NCBI GenBank assembly: GCA_031414595.1 | Contig: JANNVX010000114.1 | Location: forward strand, 9,497-73,496 | Direction of reading: 5' to 3' | Source of the DNA: Deinococcales bacterium | Lineage (GTDB): Bacteria > Deinococcota > Deinococci > Deinococcales > JAAFIG01 | DNA: 64,000 nt | Shown: piece by piece, positions 20,205 to 29,061 of the stretch | Layout of the letters: each line of letters starts with the position of its first letter | How positions within the stretch are numbered: position 1 is the stretch's first letter | Notes under the pieces: generated by a model | What the model was told of the DNA's origin: nothing | Databases searched by the model: none | The model's input: only the letters and a program-made list of their open reading frames with translations | Translations under genes and position numbers: made by a program

Positions 20205-21824
20205 TTATTTGGGTTTAACGGTTGGTAATTTACTCAAATCGAGCCTAATGAACGTAACTATCCCATCAACTTTTACCACCACACTTTTTTGCCCTGCATC
20301 CCAAGCGATGCTCACCCCCAGCAAACCATTTAAGGCTCGCAGTGGCACATACATTTTGCCATTGTGTAAAATCGGGGCAGTATAGCCAGCACCACCCAAA
20401 CCAATGCTTAAACGAAGCACCGACCCAAGCCGCACAATCGTGGCTGTGCCTGCCGAATAAGCGGTTACTTCTGCCCCAACCAAAGCTGCCAATTCACGCA
20501 CAGGCAACATAATTGTGCTGCCCACCAAAATAGCTTTGGAAGCCAGTACAGTTGTATTCACGGTACTCGAGACGGCTGGACTCGAGATGACGGGCGTTAT
20601 GGCAGTTGGCGTTGAAGTAACTGGACTCGAGACGGCTGGCGTTGTGCCAGTTGGCGTTGAAACAACAGGACGAATGACCACAGGACTAGGCAAACCAACG
20701 CCACTTGTATCAGGTTCGGTTAAGGCTTGCAATTCAACCAGACTTAAACTGCGCCCCAGACCAAGGTTACTGCCCTTAAAACGCCCCCACGGAGCAAGCT
20801 GAGGGCTGGTGCTGCCTTGCAAGGCAAAGAGTGTTCCAGCCAAATTAGAAATAATAATTGTGCCATCATTAGCAATAATCGGCGAGGCATCAATTCGACT
20901 ATTTAAGTTCTTTTTCCATAATAGTTGCCCTGTGGCATTCAGCGCATAAAAGTTTGAATCAAAAGACCCAAAATAAATTGTGCCATCTTTGGCTAGGGCT
21001 GGAATTGAAGAAATATAACCTTCAGCTAAAAAAGTCCAAAGCGCTGTTCCATCACTACCAATGGCGTGCAGCTTTTTATCGTGTGAACCAACATAAATCG
21101 TGCCGTCTATGGCAACCACTGGACTCGAGAGAACATAAAAACCCGTTTTGTACTTCCAGCGCTGTGTACCATCGGCATTGACAGCATACAAATTTGAATC
21201 ACTCGAGCCAATATAAATCGTGCCGTCACTGGCAATGGCGGGCGAAGAAAACAAAAAGCCCTCGGTTTGGAATTTCCAGCGCTGTGTGCCATCAGGGTTA
21301 AAAGCGTGCAAGGCTTTATCGTGAGCGCCGATGTAAATTGTGCCATCTGTACCAATGGCTGGCGAAGAAAAAACCGATTGCCCGATTTTATACTCCCATT
21401 TAAGCTGCCCATCTGGGTTTAAGGCAAAAACCGTTCCCTTGCTGTTGCCAAAGTACAATGTGCCATCTGTGCCAATCGCGGGCGAAGAATAAATATCGCC
21501 GCCCGAAGCAAACGACCATTTGAGTTTTCCACTCGAGCTTAAAGCATAAAACGATTTGTTGTACGCACCAAAATAAATTGTGCCATCTGTGCCAAGTGCC
21601 GCACTTGACTTAACAATGCCACCAACCAAGAACTTCCATTTGAGTTTACCCAACGCCGAAACCGCATAAAAATACTGGTCTGTGCCGCCAAAGTAAATTG
21701 TGCCATCTGTGCCAATGATTGGAGAATTCGAGGCTGCACCAGTCAATTGCCATTTTATATCGCCAGACTTTGCTGTTGCAAAGCCACTGAGTAAAAACAC
21801 AAGTGCCATTAAAATCTTTTGCAT
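20205..21824 (-). CDS. Secreted PQQ-like beta-propeller repeat protein with Ser/Thr/Pro linker and C-terminal copper-amine-oxidase-N-like domain
   Basis: About 8 repeats SSPAIGxDGTIYxG...YAxxxDGxxKW; C-terminal 'G.MYVPLRAL...LG.SIAWD'. Confidence 0.8.
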   Translation of the reverse strand: MQKILMALVFLLSGFATAKSGDIKWQLTGAASNSPIIGTDGTIYFGGTDQYFYAVSALGKLKWKFLVGGIVKSSAALGTDGTIYFGAYNKSFYALSSSGKLKWSFASGGDIYSSPAIGTDGTLYFGNSKGTVFALNPDGQLKWEYKIGQSVFSSPAIGTDGTIYIGAHDKALHAFNPDGTQRWKFQTEGFLFSSPAIASDGTIYIGSSDSNLYAVNADGTQRWKYKTGFYVLSSPVVAIDGTIYVGSHDKKLHAIGSDGTALWTFLAEGYISSIPALAKDGTIYFGSFDSNFYALNATGQLLWKKNLNSRIDASPIIANDGTIIISNLAGTLFALQGSTSPQLAPWGRFKGSNLGLGRSLSLVELQALTEPDTSGVGLPSPVVIRPVVSTPTGTTPAVSSPVTSTPTAITPVISSPAVSSTVNTTVLASKAILVGSTIMLPVRELAALVGAEVTAYSAGTATIVRLGSVLRLSIGLGGAGYTAPILHNGKMYVPLRALNGLLGVSIAWDAGQKSVVVKVDGIVTFIRLDLSKLPTVKPK

Positions 21825-21877
21825 TTGCCACCCTCGCATAAAAATCAGTCCCTGTCAAACAACCGATTTATGAATAC

Positions 21878-21912
21878 GATTTATCGTCGTATAAAAAACA
21901 CGACGATAAATC
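21878..21912. other. 13-bp perfect stem-loop between co-oriented genes (possible terminator/stabiliser)
   Basis: GATTTATCGTCGT-N9-ACGACGATAAATC. Confidence 0.5.
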
Positions 21913-21932
21913 CAAACGAAATTGTTGAGCTA

Positions 21933-22418
21933 CTATTTGCTTTGGGCGCGAAGCAACATGGCACGTACCGAAGCACTTTCTTGCCAACGCAAAGAATCAA
22001 TCAGGTAAGGAATGGCTTCTGATTTTAAGTTGCGTTGTAAACGCAGATAACCCATTTTAGCACCAGTCTTGGCTGCCCAACCAAGGGCTTCTTTGTCTAA
22101 ATTACTTTTACTTTCATAGGTTTTCCAAACCGAGTAGCCTTCAGACCACCATTGGGTGGTGGTGAACAACTCTCCAAGGTAACGCAAGTACGGCAATTGT
22201 TCTGGCTCGAGTTGCACTGCCATCGCCGCATGTCCAACCGCGTCATCCCATAACGGAAGGTCAATAAAGGCTTGTGGATAAGCAATTTCGGCTTGGGCAG
22301 CCAACGCCTGAGCCGTCTCGTAATGGCTACTGGCACTGACTACATTTTGTTGGGCATGTGAGTTGGCGACGGTTAAACCTAGGGCGAGTGTAAAAACGAA
22401 CATCAATACTTTTTTCAT
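21933..22418 (-). CDS. Secreted TPR-like protein
   Basis: Signal peptide MKKVLMFVFTLALG..AHA; helical 'AVQLEPE..YLRYLGELF' segment; RBS AAGGAG. Confidence 0.65.
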   Translation of the reverse strand: MKKVLMFVFTLALGLTVANSHAQQNVVSASSHYETAQALAAQAEIAYPQAFIDLPLWDDAVGHAAMAVQLEPEQLPYLRYLGELFTTTQWWSEGYSVWKTYESKSNLDKEALGWAAKTGAKMGYLRLQRNLKSEAIPYLIDSLRWQESASVRAMLLRAQSK

Positions 22419-22447
22419 AGCTTTCTCCTTGAACATTGATTTTTTTG

Positions 22448-23176
22448 TTACGGTAAGTAATTACCGGGGATGGCTAGAGTGCCAGGTTTCATGCTGTACT
22501 GTCCACCAATTCCAAGAACAAATCCGCCGTTGTAACCAGCGTAAAAGCCCAAGCGAAATTGCGGCACGAGGTCGTAATACAAGCCAACTCGAGCATCAAA
22601 CAGCAAACCCGCACCAAATGATTCAACACTGGCAATGCTGTTTAAGCCAAGGGCAGCTTGGGTGTACAAGGAAATCCCACCCAAAGGTTCAAATTTAAGA
22701 CCTGCGTAACCACTAATTTGTGGGCTAAACTGTCCAACACTAAAGTTGTATGCCACTGCGCCGTCCATGCCACCGTAGGCTTTAATAAGCTCGGACAAGC
22801 CATAACGAGCCACAAACCCCGCGTTGATGTCAGCCGCAAAACTCGAGGACGGTAAAACAGCAAAGTTGAATCCAGCCCCGAGGTAAACATTGACAAAGGT
22901 GTTATTGGCACTCAAAACCTGAACGATGTACTTTGCACCAACTCGAGCATCAATTCCAATTTGCGAAGCGGCTGGAAAACTTGGGGTAAAGCCAAGGTTT
23001 AAGCTACCACCGACAAATAAATTGGGAGTCAGTTCGGTGCTGTAATGTAAGCCAGCCCCAACACTAAAAGTCGGTGTAATCGGTAAATCTATTGTCGCTG
23101 AAAAACCATCTGCCAAAGCAGGAGCCGCCGAAAGTACCAGACCTACACACACAAGAGCCAAATTTTTTAATCGCAT
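22448..23176 (-). CDS. Putative outer-membrane beta-barrel protein
   Basis: Signal peptide ending PALA; alternating hydrophobic/Gly/Tyr beta strands. Confidence 0.6.
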   Translation of the reverse strand: MRLKNLALVCVGLVLSAAPALADGFSATIDLPITPTFSVGAGLHYSTELTPNLFVGGSLNLGFTPSFPAASQIGIDARVGAKYIVQVLSANNTFVNVYLGAGFNFAVLPSSSFAADINAGFVARYGLSELIKAYGGMDGAVAYNFSVGQFSPQISGYAGLKFEPLGGISLYTQAALGLNSIASVESFGAGLLFDARVGLYYDLVPQFRLGFYAGYNGGFVLGIGGQYSMKPGTLAIPGNYLP

Positions 23177-23266
23177 ACATATCCTTACACACAAACCGTT
23201 AAGCAAGCCGTTGGCATTGCCCAAATCGGGAGAGAATTTTTTGTTGGCACAAAACACTAAATCTGA

Positions 23267-23533
23267 TTAGCGCAAAACACTAAAACTTCTCAGAATCACA
23301 ATTAGAATCGCCGCACCAATCACGCCCCAAACCAAACCAATCAGTGAAAATGCACCCGCCACCTGAGCGCCGCCAATGTTGAGTAAATCACCAAAAATCC
23401 AGCGTCCTAAGGCAGCCCCAAAAATACCAATCAGCACATTGGCAATTGCACCTTGTTGACCGTTGGTTTTCATCACAAGGCTGGCTAGCCAACCTATTAA
23501 ACCACCAACTAAAATAACCGCAATCCAATCCAT
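23267..23533 (-). CDS. GlsB/YeaQ/YmgE (transglycosylase-associated) stress membrane protein
   Basis: [42 protein letters not shown]. Confidence 0.9.
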   Translation of the reverse strand: MDWIAVILVGGLIGWLASLVMKTNGQQGAIANVLIGIFGAALGRWIFGDLLNIGGAQVAGAFSLIGLVWGVIGAAILIVILRSFSVLR

Positions 23534-23581
23534 ACAAACCTCCTTCTTGCCATTCATAGCGCTCGGCGTTTGAATGACATG

Positions 23582-23679
23582 ACTGTACAAATAGCCTTTG
23601 AACATGCCCTGTCTTTCTCCTGAAGCCGACCTGAAGACATGATTTAGCAAAATTCAGGCAAGCCTCAGTTTTTATTCAA
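23582..23679. promoter_or_regulatory. Back-to-back TTCAG-type arrays in the glsB-like/dps divergent region
   Basis: Minus: TTCAG-N6-TTCAG-N6-GACAG-N6-TTCAA-N10-TACAGT (23635-23582). Plus: TTCAG 23653, CTCAG 23664, TTCAA 23675. Confidence 0.7.
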
Positions 23680-23777
23680 CTGCTTAAAAGTCGCTCGATT
23701 CAAAATAAGTTGATTAAGCCCTGGCTCGAAACTTCTCGAGCAGAAATAGATGCTTGGTATTAAAACAGGAGTGATTC

Positions 23778-24287
23778 ATGACAACATTTGCCCCAACCAT
23801 GCTTGCCACACCAACTGATTTAAGTGCAAAAGAAGTACAAATAATCAGTCAAAGCCTGAATGCCTTAATTGCCGATGCTTTGGCTTTATATATCAAAACC
23901 AAAAATTACCATTGGCATTTGTACGGTGCAAGTTTTAAGGAACTCCACGAACTTTTTGACACCCATGCCGAGCAACTTCTCGAGTCAGTAGACCCTCTTG
24001 CCGAACGGGTGCGTAAACTTGGTGCGACCACACTGCATTCAATTTCGCAAATTGCCAAGTTACAACAAATTAAAGACGACGAAGACGATTTGGTTAAACC
24101 ACTGGAAATGGTCAAGCGCTTACTGAGCGACAATCAATATATGGCACGTTGTCAACGCACTGCCATCAGTGTTTGCGAAGAAAACAACGATACCGTCAGC
24201 AGTGATATTTTACAAAGTTACCTCGACCAAACCGAACGTCGGGTTTGGTTTTTGTTTGAAATTGCCCAAGGCAAAGCCCATCAATAA
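23778..24287 (+). CDS. dps: Dps family ferritin-like DNA protection protein (copy 1)
   Basis: LYIKTKNYHWH..G..F.ELHELFD, D.LAERVR.LG, ERRVWFL. Confidence 0.92.
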   Translation: MTTFAPTMLATPTDLSAKEVQIISQSLNALIADALALYIKTKNYHWHLYGASFKELHELFDTHAEQLLESVDPLAERVRKLGATTLHSISQIAKLQQIKDDEDDLVKPLEMVKRLLSDNQYMARCQRTAISVCEENNDTVSSDILQSYLDQTERRVWFLFEIAQGKAHQ

Positions 24288-24409
24288 AAAATAAATTGGC
24301 GATTTGGAAAATAATCATGTGCGCGGGAGAAATCCGAACAATGATGAATCAGTTCTTGCCACTCGAGATGATGCCGTGCATCTCGGGTGAGACTTTTATC
24401 AGGAGCAAC

Positions 24410-25066
24410 ATGAAAACCGATCAGCAACTTCGAGAAGATATTATTGCCGAACTGGAATATGACCCAAGCATTGAGACCAAAAAAATCTCGGTGGCAACCT
24501 TGAATGGCATTGTTACTTTATCTGGCAGTGTGCCAAATTTTTATGAAAAATGGAGCATCGAACGAGCCGTAAAGCGAGTGGCTGGCGTGAGCGGGATTGC
24601 CGAGGAATTAACCGTTCAAACTTTTCCCAATACTGAACAAACAGATAGCGAAATTGCCCAAGCCGCTCGATTGGCAATCCAATGGAGTGTGGCTATTGCC
24701 GAAGAACAGATTCAAATTATGGTTGAACAAGGGATCATTACACTCGAGGGTGCAGTGGATTGGCAGTACCAAAAGCAAAATGTCTACGATGCGGTTATTC
24801 ATTTACGCGGGGTTCAAGGTATTCATAATCGGATAACCTTAAAACCATACCTGACAAGTACCGACGTGCGTGAAAAAATCGAAGCTGCCTTTAAGCGCAG
24901 TGCCAACTTTAACGCAAAACAAGTTCATGTAACCGTGGACAACGGCAATGTCACGCTCGAAGGCAACTTGCCCACATGGACTGAACGTGACACCGCTAGC
25001 CGAGTGGCTTGGAACGCGGCGGGGGTGATGACGGTCAACAATCAAATTATGGTGGGTGGCATCTAA
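24410..25066 (+). CDS. Triple BON-domain (OsmY-like) protein
   Basis: Three BON repeats (GIVTLSG, GIITLEG, GNVTLEG...AWNAAGV..VNN); RBS AGGAG before ATG 24410. Confidence 0.9.
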   Translation: MKTDQQLREDIIAELEYDPSIETKKISVATLNGIVTLSGSVPNFYEKWSIERAVKRVAGVSGIAEELTVQTFPNTEQTDSEIAQAARLAIQWSVAIAEEQIQIMVEQGIITLEGAVDWQYQKQNVYDAVIHLRGVQGIHNRITLKPYLTSTDVREKIEAAFKRSANFNAKQVHVTVDNGNVTLEGNLPTWTERDTASRVAWNAAGVMTVNNQIMVGGI

Positions 25067-25110
25067 GAATGCGTTCAAAAAATGCGGCTGGCAAACAAAG
25101 GACCAAAATC

Positions 25111-25437
25111 ATGAAAGAAATTATGCCAAGTAAAGCCTCGGATATGTCAGATCGGATTCATGCCAATATGTACATAGAAAGTTGTATCAAAACCGCCAAA
25201 ACATTTGTTGGAACGGTTGCAGGTATAAAAAACGATCTTTTTATTAAATTGCGTAAACGCGACACACCAGATGGTAAACGCCGTTTTATTCCACTCGAGT
25301 GGGTTCTGTCAGTCGAAGGGGATACGGTGCTGCTGAGTAAAAAAGCTGAAACCGTCAGGCGCAGATGGTTGACCAAAGCAGCCGTTAAAAAGCATCTGCA
25401 CAAAATACATAAATCCCAAAGTCAGTCAAAGCCTTAA
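25111..25437 (+). CDS. DUF2171-like protein
   Basis: VGTV...IKLRKRDTPDGKRRFIPLEWV.SVEGDTV.LSK; start uncertain. Confidence 0.65.
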   Translation: MKEIMPSKASDMSDRIHANMYIESCIKTAKTFVGTVAGIKNDLFIKLRKRDTPDGKRRFIPLEWVLSVEGDTVLLSKKAETVRRRWLTKAAVKKHLHKIHKSQSQSKP

Positions 25438-25465
25438 AAAATCCGCCATCCAAAAAGGAGGAAAC

Positions 25466-25690
25466 ATGTACGACATCCCTAACCATCTCAGCGATGATTT
25501 ACCAACTTTAAGTCCGTTGGTCAGTTTAAGCCCCGAAGTCTTTCTCAAGAGCCAGCCAATGCTGCTTTATGCCGATATTCTCGAGCAACCAGACCACTTA
25601 CTGATTCGCATAAACGTACCAGGTGCAAGACCAGGGAACATTATTGTCACCTTGGAGAACAATGTTTTATCGGTAGCAGCCAAACTCGAG
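25466..25690 (+). pseudogene. 3'-truncated Hsp20/alpha-crystallin gene
   Basis: Paralogous to 38564..39046 up to ...NNVLSVAAKLE; homology stops at CTCGAG 25685-25690 and the ORF then reads antisense into the USP fragment. Confidence 0.8.
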
Positions 25691-25885
25691 CCACGGCTGG
25701 AGAATCTGTTGCGCTTCGTTTTTATTTGTTTCTTCAGGAATTATCAGAAAACGACCATGTTGCACATTGGTTAGAATCACAGTTGCTTCGAGTTGATGTG
25801 CCAGCAAAAAACCCGATTCGATGGCTTTATTTACGGCGGTTTGTTCATTGTGGGCAACGGGTATAAGAATTCGTTTGATGGTCAT
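25685..25885 (-). pseudogene. 3'-truncated universal stress protein gene
   Basis: MTIKRILIPV...AHQLEATVIL..V...EAQQILQPWLE with RBS AAGGAG; USP similarity ends at the same CTCGAG. Confidence 0.75.
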
Positions 25886-25911
25886 GATTCACGCTCCTTT
25901 TGTTAAAAGCT

Positions 25912-25943
25912 ACGTTAGAACCAGTGCATTACGGCGATATTAC
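25912..25943 (-). promoter_or_regulatory. SARP-type operator site 1
   Basis: GTAATAT-cgcc-GTAATGC-N8-TAACGT, upstream of the truncated USP. Confidence 0.65.
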
Positions 25944-26800
25944 TGCCAGCGCTCGAGAACCTGATTATGTTGACCCACACAAGCTCCATCGCTCGAGAAT
26001 GGACAATTGGCTGTAACTTGCACTGGTTGACGATTACAGATTTTCTCCCCGTTTTTGATCCGCTCAGCAAGCACTAAAGTTTCTGGCATTGGTGAATCCT
26101 CGAGTTCTGCGCGTAAAAAATGAATGAACCGACGGTAATGTTCGATGGCAGCGTACTTATCTTCCACCACTGATAGACAAGTCATCAGTTTTTGATGGTA
26201 GTTCTCGCCAATATACGGGTCTATTCGTAACGCCCTGACTAAAGCACCAACTGCACCTGCACACGCTCCTGTTCCGCAATGCAGCAAAGAAATCTCGAGA
26301 TTAGCTCGGACATATACACCGCGCAGTTCTTCGCGTAATTCATTTGCCCAAGCTACTGTCATACTGGGTAAGAAATCTCCTTTGTACAAACCAATAACAT
26401 TCTGAAAAGCCCTGAGTTTTAATTCTTCAGTTGCGGCATGATGGGCTGATTCAAGGGTTCTATACATCTGGTTTAAGTCGGTGGATGCCAGCACATAGGC
26501 ATTTAAGCGGTAACGATTGTGCTGCTCGAGTAACACATCGTTATTTTCGAGTGCCTGACGAATACGGTGTACCGTGACCCGAAACCGATTATTGCTTTCT
26601 TTAGTCGGTTCGGTTTGCCAGAGTTGCTCAAAAATTTCTTCTTTTTGCTTACCTTCAGGGTGGGCAAGTAAATAAAAAAAGAGTTCCTCGGCAGTTTTAC
26701 TCTTAAATTGAGCCTCTGCTCCATTCACCAGCACTTGATGCGTGCCTAGCGTTCTAATCTCGAGACTGATAAAGACCTCCAAGTGTAACCGAGCTTTCAA
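25940..26800 (-). CDS. SARP/AfsR-like transcriptional regulator (wHTH + BTAD) with Cys-rich C-terminus, paralog 1
   Basis: EIRTLG..QV, ELFFYLLAHP, EQLW, FRVTVHRIRQAL (wHTH); LYKGDFL, WANELRE, ALRIDPY.E..HQKLM, E..DSP.PET (BTAD). Start uncertain: GGAGG sits 5 nt before ATC 26770. Confidence 0.85.
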   Translation of the reverse strand: MKARLHLEVFISLEIRTLGTHQVLVNGAEAQFKSKTAEELFFYLLAHPEGKQKEEIFEQLWQTEPTKESNNRFRVTVHRIRQALENNDVLLEQHNRYRLNAYVLASTDLNQMYRTLESAHHAATEELKLRAFQNVIGLYKGDFLPSMTVAWANELREELRGVYVRANLEISLLHCGTGACAGAVGALVRALRIDPYIGENYHQKLMTCLSVVEDKYAAIEHYRRFIHFLRAELEDSPMPETLVLAERIKNGEKICNRQPVQVTANCPFSSDGACVGQHNQVLERWQ

Positions 26801-26835
26801 AGTGACCTAAACACAGCCTACAGCTTTGTAGACAG

Positions 26836-26867
26836 ATTATCCTAATTATTAATTACCAAAGCATTAC
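26836..26867 (-). promoter_or_regulatory. SARP-type operator site 2 (upstream of BTAD regulator 1)
   Basis: GTAATGC-tttg-GTAATTA-N8-GATAAT. Confidence 0.65.
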
Positions 26868-26896
26868 CAGTCTGTGAATCACGAATTAGTTAGGCT

Positions 26897-26928
26897 GTAA
26901 CGCTATGGTAATGCCAACCTTGCAGACT
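26897..26928 (+). promoter_or_regulatory. SARP-type operator site 3
   Basis: GTAACGC-tatg-GTAATGC-N8-CAGACT, then RBS AAGGAGG and USP ATG 26947. Confidence 0.7.
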
Positions 26929-26946
26929 CTTTCAAGGAGGCATTCC

Positions 26947-27375
26947 ATGTTTCAACATATCCTCGTTCCAATAGACTCGAGCCAATCCAGCAAAGCCGCC
27001 GCACAACTCGCTGCACGGTTGGCTCGAGCATGGGGAAGTCAGGTTACTTTTGTGCATATTTACGAAGGTGACGCGACCCAAGAAGCTCGGGCTTTACTCG
27101 AGGGTTTTATACAATACACCCGTCTTGTCCCACACCTGATTCTCGAGCCGATGCAGCATAACTTATCAGAAACACTGGTTGGACTTGCCACTCGAGAAGC
27201 CACCGAACTAATCCTGATTGGTGTTCATGCCTATGCCAGACTCGAGCAAGAAGTGCTGGATGGGGTGGCAGGAAGCATTTCGGAACAAGCCAAAATACCC
27301 GTCTTAATCGTGCCAATAGAAAGTAAAAAAGTTGGGTTTGAAGCGCGTTGGGCAAGTGCGGTAATGCAGCCGTAA
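26947..27375 (+). CDS. Universal stress protein (single domain)
   Basis: MFQHILVPIDSS..S..A, LILIGVH, PVLIVP. Confidence 0.85.
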   Translation: MFQHILVPIDSSQSSKAAAQLAARLARAWGSQVTFVHIYEGDATQEARALLEGFIQYTRLVPHLILEPMQHNLSETLVGLATREATELILIGVHAYARLEQEVLDGVAGSISEQAKIPVLIVPIESKKVGFEARWASAVMQP

Positions 27376-27392
27376 TGCCAGTACCGCAAACT
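27361..27392 (+). promoter_or_regulatory. SARP-type operator site 4 (upstream of the sORF-USP-nrfHA-pyk run)
   Basis: Perfect GTAATGC-agcc-GTAATGC-N8-CAAACT. Confidence 0.75.
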
Positions 27393-27412
27393 ATTCTCGA
27401 GTGAGGTGAACC

Positions 27413-27586
27413 ATGCGAACCATTCCAGTAATCGGTAGTTTAACCCTATTTCTAGCCAGTTTATTTGTTGCCATAAATTTACAAAAACCATTGGCAGGAC
27501 TGATTATTTTAATTGTTAGCTTGCTGACTTTGTGGCTCGAAGTTAGCCACCGAGATTCACAAGAAGGAGAACATCATGTTCGCTAA
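27413..27586 (+). CDS. Small two-helix membrane protein, 57 aa
   Basis: Below ORF-track cutoff; RBS GAGGTG; MRTIPVIGSLTLFLASLFVAINLQKPLAGLIILIVSLLTLWLEVSHRDSQEGEHHVR; overlaps the next start. Confidence 0.6.
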   Translation: MRTIPVIGSLTLFLASLFVAINLQKPLAGLIILIVSLLTLWLEVSHRDSQEGEHHVR

Positions 27587-28526
27587 AGTCTGCATTCCTG
27601 TTACCAACGAATCCCTGTCCATTCATGCGGCTCGAGCCGCGCTGGATTTTGCCCATAAACTCAAGGCTACAGCTGTGTTTGTATCGGTCTTTACAATGCC
27701 GATTATTTACCGCTCTCAGACCGAAGAAGAAGTTCGGCTTGAATTACAAAAAAATACTGAAGCCTTTCTCGAGACTTGGATAGAATTTGCCGAGCATCGC
27801 CAAGTTCCAGTCAGTACAATCGCCATTGAAGCTCGAGCCTCGGGAATCGCCCAAACCATTGCCGAAATTGCTCTTGAGGAACACTGCGATTTAATCGCTA
27901 TGGGAACACACGCCTACGAAGGGATGAACCGACTTTTGCTTGGTAGTATCGCCGAAGCTGTGACACGTTATTCGCACTTACCAGTGATGCTATTCCATAT
28001 CGGTCTTGTACCAACCGCCAAACCATTTGATTGCAACCGAATTCTGGTGGCTGTGGATGGTAGTCAAGCTACAGCCGAAGCACTTGATATTACCAGAGCT
28101 TTGGCTAAACAATTGCCTGCCAGTGTTGAAATCTTGCACGTAGTACCTGACGTTCCACCGACTTACGATACCATCATGCCAATGATTGATTACTCAAACC
28201 TAGCTACTGATTACTTAAACGAAGGTAAGCATATTTTGTACAACGCTGAAGCTAAACTAACCGACATTAGCAACAAGGAATTGGTTCTCGAGCCAGCCGG
28301 TGGTCGGCGAATTGCCACTGTGATTCTCGAGATTGCTAAAAATCATCACGCTGATTTGATTGTGCTGGGAACACACGGGTACGGTGGTTTAGACCGAATT
28401 TTACTCGGCAGCGTGGCGCAAGCCGTGGCGCACCATGCTCATGTGCCTGTGCTGCTGACTCGAGCAGCACAGCGCGAAGATGTGGCTGCCTCTGCTGCTA
28501 CTGCCCTCCCAAGTTTAGCTGTTTAA
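27576..28526 (+). CDS. Tandem-domain universal stress protein
   Basis: Two USP domains (DLIAMGTH...LLGSIAE; RILVAVDGS...DLIVLGTHG...LGSVAQ). Confidence 0.92.
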   Translation: MFAKVCIPVTNESLSIHAARAALDFAHKLKATAVFVSVFTMPIIYRSQTEEEVRLELQKNTEAFLETWIEFAEHRQVPVSTIAIEARASGIAQTIAEIALEEHCDLIAMGTHAYEGMNRLLLGSIAEAVTRYSHLPVMLFHIGLVPTAKPFDCNRILVAVDGSQATAEALDITRALAKQLPASVEILHVVPDVPPTYDTIMPMIDYSNLATDYLNEGKHILYNAEAKLTDISNKELVLEPAGGRRIATVILEIAKNHHADLIVLGTHGYGGLDRILLGSVAQAVAHHAHVPVLLTRAAQREDVAASAATALPSLAV

Positions 28527-28563
28527 GAATTTGTGACCTCGAGTTCCGTAAGGGGAGCAACCA

Positions 28564-29052
28564 ATGAAACTGACTTTTACTGCAATTCTTGCTTGGCTAT
28601 CGGGCAGTGGTTTCTTGGTAGCACTGGCGGCTGGTTTTGGTATTCTAGGCGGGGCTAGTGGATATACTGCTTATTATGCAGGTGCAACCAGTTACTTGTC
28701 GAGCGACCCGAAAGCCTGTGTCAATTGTCATATCATGCGCGAAGTCTACGATTCATGGGCAAAAGCACCGCATCATAACGTGGCGGTTTGTACCGATTGT
28801 CATTTACCCCATGATTTTATTGGCAAATGGCTTGCCAAAGCCGAAAATGGCTGGAATCACTCAAAGGCATTTACCTTACAAAATTTCCATGAACCAATCC
28901 GAATTAACAAAAAGAACCTAGAAATTCTCGAGCATAACTGCAAATCTTGTCATGCCGACACAGTGCATCAAATGGTATCCGAAGTCAAACAAGACAACAG
29001 CTTAGGTTGCTTGCATTGTCATGCTGATGTTGGGCATGGACCACAACGATAA
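28564..29052 (+). CDS. nrfH: Cytochrome c nitrite reductase small (tetraheme, membrane-anchored) subunit
   Basis: N-terminal TM; CVNCHIM, CTDCH, CKSCH, CLHCH; adjacent to nrfA. Confidence 0.93.
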   Translation: MKLTFTAILAWLSGSGFLVALAAGFGILGGASGYTAYYAGATSYLSSDPKACVNCHIMREVYDSWAKAPHHNVAVCTDCHLPHDFIGKWLAKAENGWNHSKAFTLQNFHEPIRINKKNLEILEHNCKSCHADTVHQMVSEVKQDNSLGCLHCHADVGHGPQR

Positions 29053-29061
29053 GGAGCAAAA

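Noticed and set aside
20900-21760. ~120-bp periodic DNA repeats (AAATTGTGCCATC...) as a possible array or diversity-generating cassette
   Set aside because: They are the coding repeats of the PQQ-like beta-propeller blades; no reverse transcriptase nearby
24296-24409. N-terminal extension of BON 24296 and similar long starts in the track (5549..6838, 8479, 26905, 37425, 47339, 62466..63656)
   Set aside because: Better-supported downstream starts with an RBS or adjacent -10 exist, and several extensions run through operator sites
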